A stretch of DNA of 64,000 bases from Candidatus Woesearchaeota archaeon (GTDB taxonomy: Archaea > Nanobdellota > Nanobdellia > Woesearchaeales > BM511). Where the stretch lies: contig PKTL01000049.1 in NCBI GenBank assembly GCA_002867475.1, positions 22,626 to 86,625 of the forward strand. Direction: 5' to 3'. Positions 59,815 to 64,000 of the stretch are shown piece after piece (position 1 is the first letter of the stretch; each line of letters starts with the position of its first letter). A model generated the notes under the pieces. The model was not told where the DNA came from, did no database searches, and saw only the letters and a program-made list of their open reading frames with translations. The translations under genes and the position numbers were made by a program.

Positions 59815-60636
59815 TTAATATTTTGAGTTTGTTAATCCTGCAATCATTGATTCAAGTCCTAATTTGTTTCCATTGATATGATCTGCTTCATAAACCATAC
59901 CTGGACATTTAAGGTTCAGTTCCGTAAGATAATTTCCAATCACATCCATTCCAACCCAATTAAGATTGTTTGCTTTCAAGAAAGGAGTAACTGCTTCAAT
60001 AATCTCATAATCTCTCTTATTCAATTCTGCACGCTGCATGCTCCCTCCAGATGAAAGATTACATATGAAGCTTCCTTGCATGGGTTTTCTTAAAACACAA
60101 CTAACAGGTTCATAGAAAACGATATTGATCCGTTTATCTCCTAATTTCTCAACATTATCAATATATCTTTGAAAAACAAATTCTTCACCTTTGGATATCC
60201 TATTTTCTAATTCTAACTTGATATTATCATAATCCTTTTTTTGGTAGTATATTTTTTTCACACCTTTACCACCAAATTCTCCAACAGGCTTTATTATAAT
60301 ATTCTTATACTCTTTCATAAAATCAAGACCTAAATTCACATCATCAGTGATAATTGTTTGTGTAGTAAGTTCAGGAAACAATAATAGGTGATACTTAGAA
60401 GCATGATCAAGGATATTATTTCCAGGATTAATAATATTATCTCCCTTCATCTTTATCAAAAATTCTTCGGTTGGTCGTTCAAACCTATTAAAGATCCAAT
60501 CATAACCTTCTCTTGGTATCTCTTCGGTCTCAAGATCAATATTAAATCCTTTGGTTTCAAGATTACGTCTTAGATAATCTGTTGAATCATCAACAATTCC
60601 AATTGTTTTTTTATCTTGATAAAATAATATGTCCAT
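59815..60636 (-). CDS. ATP-grasp ligase, glutathione-synthetase (GshB)-like
   Basis: 'LGDKRINIVFYEPVSCVLRKP...NLSSGGSMQRAEL...WVGMDVIGNYLTELNLKCPG' parallels the prokaryotic GshB C-terminal pattern (GDKR...GG...GlDvIG..LTEiNVTSP). Confidence 0.7.
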   Translation of the reverse strand: MDILFYQDKKTIGIVDDSTDYLRRNLETKGFNIDLETEEIPREGYDWIFNRFERPTEEFLIKMKGDNIINPGNNILDHASKYHLLLFPELTTQTIITDDVNLGLDFMKEYKNIIIKPVGEFGGKGVKKIYYQKKDYDNIKLELENRISKGEEFVFQRYIDNVEKLGDKRINIVFYEPVSCVLRKPMQGSFICNLSSGGSMQRAELNKRDYEIIEAVTPFLKANNLNWVGMDVIGNYLTELNLKCPGMVYEADHINGNKLGLESMIAGLTNSKY

Positions 60637-60637
60637 C

Positions 60638-61813
60638 TTAATTCACTGATTCTAAAAATCTATTATATATGTAAGCGCGAATATTTCTTGCACCCTCTTC
60701 TTCTATCTTTGAATTATGGACTAAATTTTTTGAATTCGCATATTTCATTATATCATCCGCAAATGTATTTTTATCCTTTAACATCTTAAAGAAAGGAATT
60801 AGATATGTTTCTTCATCATTATTTCTTGCAGCAAGTTTTAAAGCTCTTGCTAAATAATTGTTCAAGTCCTCATCTTTCACAGCTGATACAATCCCTTTTC
60901 TCTCCATTTTTTTTAGATTTGTAAATGATGGAACAAATAATTTTTCAGATCTAATCATATAGAAATCAGAAGGCTTATCGCTTATCTCAACTTGAAGATT
61001 TTCAGTATCGACAAGGTCGTATAATCCTTTATAGGCACATGCTAGAGCTAGTATGTTTTCAGGTAAATTAGTATCAGCACATCTTGATTCAATAGTATTC
61101 TCTTTGATCCTTATTGGACCCCAATTAGAGTCAAATAGGTCATATACACTATCATCTAAATTTCTTTTAGCCAGTTCTTTTTTCCATCCATCAAAAAATT
61201 TTTGGTTGATATTTGAATATTCTTTTTCATCTAATGGATATTCTTGTAATTGTCCAAATCTTGAAAATTTCTCATATAGAATGTTTCTATATGAATGTAC
61301 TCTATGATCCTTCTTTGTATTTTTAAGATATAAGAAAGGGCTCGATGCCATTAAAGCAAATAATGGGTCGAGTCCTTGGATCAATTTATACATATTATAT
61401 CTTTCTTTTTGGTCTTTTGGAAGGTCAACATGTACGTGGGTTCCACAAACTTGAAGAGATATATCAAAATCATTACCAAACAGGATTCTTTTATTATCAT
61501 ATTTTGGTGAATCAATCCTTGTCATTTCTGATTTGGGTATTCCAATAGAAGTGGATGCAAGAAGTCCCAGTTCCAGGTCATTTATTTCTTTTTTTAGATT
61601 TTGCAATTGGATCATAAGGTCATTTTCAAGTGAAGATATGGAATTATAAGGAGGCATAACTACTTCTATCATACTTTTCGACACTTCTTTTTCAAGAAGA
61701 GGATTAATAGAACTATCAATAACCTCATCTGCATTATTTGAAATATCAAATTTTTTATCAATAAGATGCATTTCTATCTCAACACCTATTTTTGTTCCCA
61801 TAAACTTGTGCAT
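60638..61813 (-). CDS. glutamate-cysteine ligase family 2 (YbdK-like carboxylate-amine ligase)
   Basis: 'IGVEIEMHLID' and 'CGTHVHVD' motifs; about 390 aa. Its stop lies 1 nt before the ATP-grasp gene start. Confidence 0.75.
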   Translation of the reverse strand: MHKFMGTKIGVEIEMHLIDKKFDISNNADEVIDSSINPLLEKEVSKSMIEVVMPPYNSISSLENDLMIQLQNLKKEINDLELGLLASTSIGIPKSEMTRIDSPKYDNKRILFGNDFDISLQVCGTHVHVDLPKDQKERYNMYKLIQGLDPLFALMASSPFLYLKNTKKDHRVHSYRNILYEKFSRFGQLQEYPLDEKEYSNINQKFFDGWKKELAKRNLDDSVYDLFDSNWGPIRIKENTIESRCADTNLPENILALACAYKGLYDLVDTENLQVEISDKPSDFYMIRSEKLFVPSFTNLKKMERKGIVSAVKDEDLNNYLARALKLAARNNDEETYLIPFFKMLKDKNTFADDIMKYANSKNLVHNSKIEEEGARNIRAYIYNRFLESVN

Positions 61814-61898
61814 AAGTTTAAATTTAATAAAAGGATATAATCTTTATATTTTATATAATATCATAATATTTATAAATAATGCAAATTAATAAAATAAA

Positions 61899-62879
61899 AT
61901 GCCAAAAAAAATTGATTACCGAGATAAATTACTCTATGAGTTATCACTTGACTGTAGAATCAAAAATAAAGACTTGGCAAAGATTTTAAAAATAAGTCCT
62001 CAACTTACAAGTTATACGACTGAAAAACTGATTGATGACAAAGTAATTAATTTTTATGAATTGGAGCTTGACCCTGCAAAATTCGGTCTAATAAATATAA
62101 TCTTATTTGGTTCATTTTCAATATTCGAGAAATCAAAACAAAATGAAATAATAAGAAAATTGAAGGAATTGGATTGGTGTACGTATGTGGAGACTGCGGA
62201 ATTAGGAACCGATCTAATACTTGAATTCACAGTTCCAAACCTTTCTTTTTTTAATAAGGTATTAATGGGGATACTCGAAGAGAATCAGAAGGCTCTTTAC
62301 ATAAAAGATATATATCCGGTTATAGTTAAACATAATTTCAATAAGAGATATTTGTATAAGAAATCTAGAATTTTCTTAGAAAAAATATTTTCAGGAGATA
62401 GGCAGGTAATTGAGATTACAAAAAATGATAAGAGGGTTCTCAATGCATTAGTAAAAGATCCTAAAGCTTCAATAGTTAAAATTTCAAACTTGGCAGATAT
62501 TGATATGAGAACAGTTCTTAAAATTATAAAGAACTTGAAGAAGAACAAGATTATAAGAGGTTTTGGAGTGTGTATAAATAATTCTAATATTCATATCGAT
62601 TCAAAGATGATATTAATTGATTTCAAGTATTCATCGATAAAAGAGACAAATAGATTGATAAGCTATTGCAATCAAGTACCTGAGATTGAATCATTGATAA
62701 AACTTATAGGTAAAAACACAATAATGATACGAATAAATTCTCCTGAGACAAACGATGTTTTCAATGAACTTCGAAAAGAATTCCAATTTCAAGAATATGA
62801 GATATATTCAAGTAAACAGATATTAAAAAATATTTATATACCTATGCAGGTATTAAATGATGATTATTCAATCTATTGA
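61899..62879 (+). CDS. tandem (double) Lrp/AsnC-like wHTH regulator
   Basis: Two HTH modules ('CRIKNKDLAKILKISPQLTSYTTEKLIDDKVI' and 'DPKASIVKISNLADIDMRTVLKIIKNLKKNKII'), each followed by an effector-like domain. Confidence 0.62.
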   Translation: MPKKIDYRDKLLYELSLDCRIKNKDLAKILKISPQLTSYTTEKLIDDKVINFYELELDPAKFGLINIILFGSFSIFEKSKQNEIIRKLKELDWCTYVETAELGTDLILEFTVPNLSFFNKVLMGILEENQKALYIKDIYPVIVKHNFNKRYLYKKSRIFLEKIFSGDRQVIEITKNDKRVLNALVKDPKASIVKISNLADIDMRTVLKIIKNLKKNKIIRGFGVCINNSNIHIDSKMILIDFKYSSIKETNRLISYCNQVPEIESLIKLIGKNTIMIRINSPETNDVFNELRKEFQFQEYEIYSSKQILKNIYIPMQVLNDDYSIY

Positions 62880-62883
62880 TGTT

Positions 62884-63609
62884 TCAATATTGAAAAAGTT
62901 TTTTTTGTTTTTTGAAGCTACTAATAAATTCCCTATAGAATTGATTTTCTGTAAGATTAAAATATTTTTCAAATAGTTTCTTATAATTTTCTTTAATAGG
63001 TCTTTTTGAATATTGTTCTAAAAATAATTTAATTTTTTCAATACCATATTTATTTATCATAAAAAATAATAATCCTTCCCATACAATATAATAATCTTTT
63101 ATATTTTTTTTATTAACACTTCTGCCAGTATAATTGATATAATTCTTTTTTTTATTCGATAAAGAAGCAAGCAAATCTTTTTCATCATATTTTTTTCTTT
63201 CAGTATAGCATGCTAAACCTTCTAACATCCATTTTGGTTTCCAAGTTTTGAAATTATATCTCCAAAAAGTATGATTTAATTCATGAAATGAATATTCTTT
63301 GTAGTAGTCTCTTTCATTATTAATCTCTACACTTTTTTCTTTTTGGTTTTTTCTTAGGTTATAACTTTTAATGATCAATTTTCCATTATAATGAACAAAA
63401 CCACTGATCCATTTCTCATATTTTTTCCCTAATGCTTTCTTGAAATTGTTCTCATCATCGTATATCTCAATCTTGATATCTTTTGGAGGTTTCCAATCTA
63501 TAAGTTTCTTATTAACTTCATATCCCTCTATAAAAGAGTCAATAATATCTTTTGTTATTTCTACATCACTTATTATTTTTCCAAAACCAAGACTTGCTGA
63601 ATGCTTCAT
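62884..63609 (-). CDS. putative zinc metallopeptidase (HExxH)
   Basis: 'FHELNHTFW' contains an HExxH motif and a downstream 'EGLA' could supply the third ligand. The family is not identified. Confidence 0.5.
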   Translation of the reverse strand: MKHSASLGFGKIISDVEITKDIIDSFIEGYEVNKKLIDWKPPKDIKIEIYDDENNFKKALGKKYEKWISGFVHYNGKLIIKSYNLRKNQKEKSVEINNERDYYKEYSFHELNHTFWRYNFKTWKPKWMLEGLACYTERKKYDEKDLLASLSNKKKNYINYTGRSVNKKNIKDYYIVWEGLLFFMINKYGIEKIKLFLEQYSKRPIKENYKKLFEKYFNLTENQFYREFISSFKKQKKLFQY

Positions 63610-63708
63610 AAGGATGTATCTGAATCTTATTTAATAAAAAGTTTTTGTTATTTTAAACAATAAATTTAAAAAACAGATTTTTAGATTCTAGGATCAGGTG
63701 ATATCAAC

Positions 63709-63885
63709 ATGAGTAATGAAACAAAAGTAATTGATGCATTGAAAAAAGCAGGACAGCCAATTAGACCAGGAGAAATAGCAGAAATAAGTGGATTAAGTAA
63801 AGAGGATGTTAGTTGTGCTATAAAAAATCTGAAAAAGGAAGAAAAAATCTATAGTCCTGTAAGGTGTAAGTACGCACCTAGATAA
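63709..63885 (+). CDS. small winged-helix DNA-binding protein
   Basis: 58-aa ORF below the track cutoff: 'MSNETKVIDALKKAGQPIRPGEIAEISGLSKEDVSCAIKNLKKEEKIYSPVRCKYAPR'. AGGTGAT lies 6 nt before the ATG. Confidence 0.5.
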   Translation: MSNETKVIDALKKAGQPIRPGEIAEISGLSKEDVSCAIKNLKKEEKIYSPVRCKYAPR

Positions 63886-64000
63886 GTAGATAAGGTTTCG
63901 AAAACTTTATACTTACTGAAAAGTAAGTCTGAATTTACTAAATAGCAAATTTTATAAATAGTTTTCCCTTGGAACTTTTTTATGGGTGGAAAAATAAAGT

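Noticed and set aside
63982-64000. A possible gene start (ATGGGTGGAAAAATAAAG) at the window edge, preceded by a TTTTATAAATA box.
   Set aside because: Only 6 codons are visible, so it cannot be supported as a CDS.

Overview
Visibly AT-rich, gene-dense archaeal chromosome segment. Archaeal markers are ftsZ-secE-spt5/nusG, uL11, Elp3, several Lrp/AsnC regulators, GGTGAT-type Shine-Dalgarno sites and A-rich/TTTATA promoter boxes. The composition and patchy metabolism suggest a small-genome, DPANN-like archaeon; that is inference only. I support about 65 protein genes. By eye I found no rRNA, tRNA, CRISPR array, transposase or integrase. Main blocks: (1) an aspartate-to-tetrahydrodipicolinate operon, ask-lrp-dapB-dapA-asd. 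(2) uvrA, uvrC and uvrB dispersed among hydrolases and hypotheticals. (3) A 1754-aa surface protein with thrombospondin-type-3-like repeats, beta-helix repeats and a C-type-lectin-like insert. (4) ftsZ-secE-spt5, followed by a structured GC-rich intergenic element. (5) [NiFe]-hydrogenase maturation genes (hypA, protease-like, hypC, D, E, F) split by a MarR/RND-MMPL/CARDB-like envelope module and two Cys-rich secreted proteins; no hydrogenase structural gene is in the window. (6) A glycogen island with two classes of glycogen synthase, GH57, a debranching enzyme, an NDP-sugar pyrophosphorylase and two paralogous unknown proteins. (7) Elp3 and a Nop2/Sun methyltransferase. (8) A glutamate-cysteine-ligase-family plus glutathione-synthetase-like gene pair. 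Most notable observations: up to five otherwise intact genes carry single lesions (in-frame TAA, in-frame TAG, a possible in-frame TGA, a 1-nt frameshift, a 10-bp tandem duplication). There is a roughly 114-nt three-way-junction-like element at 26340-26453. Three related palindromes built on the local promoter box sit inside the glycogen island. No homology search or RNA folding could be run, so all family calls rest on motifs read from the translations.
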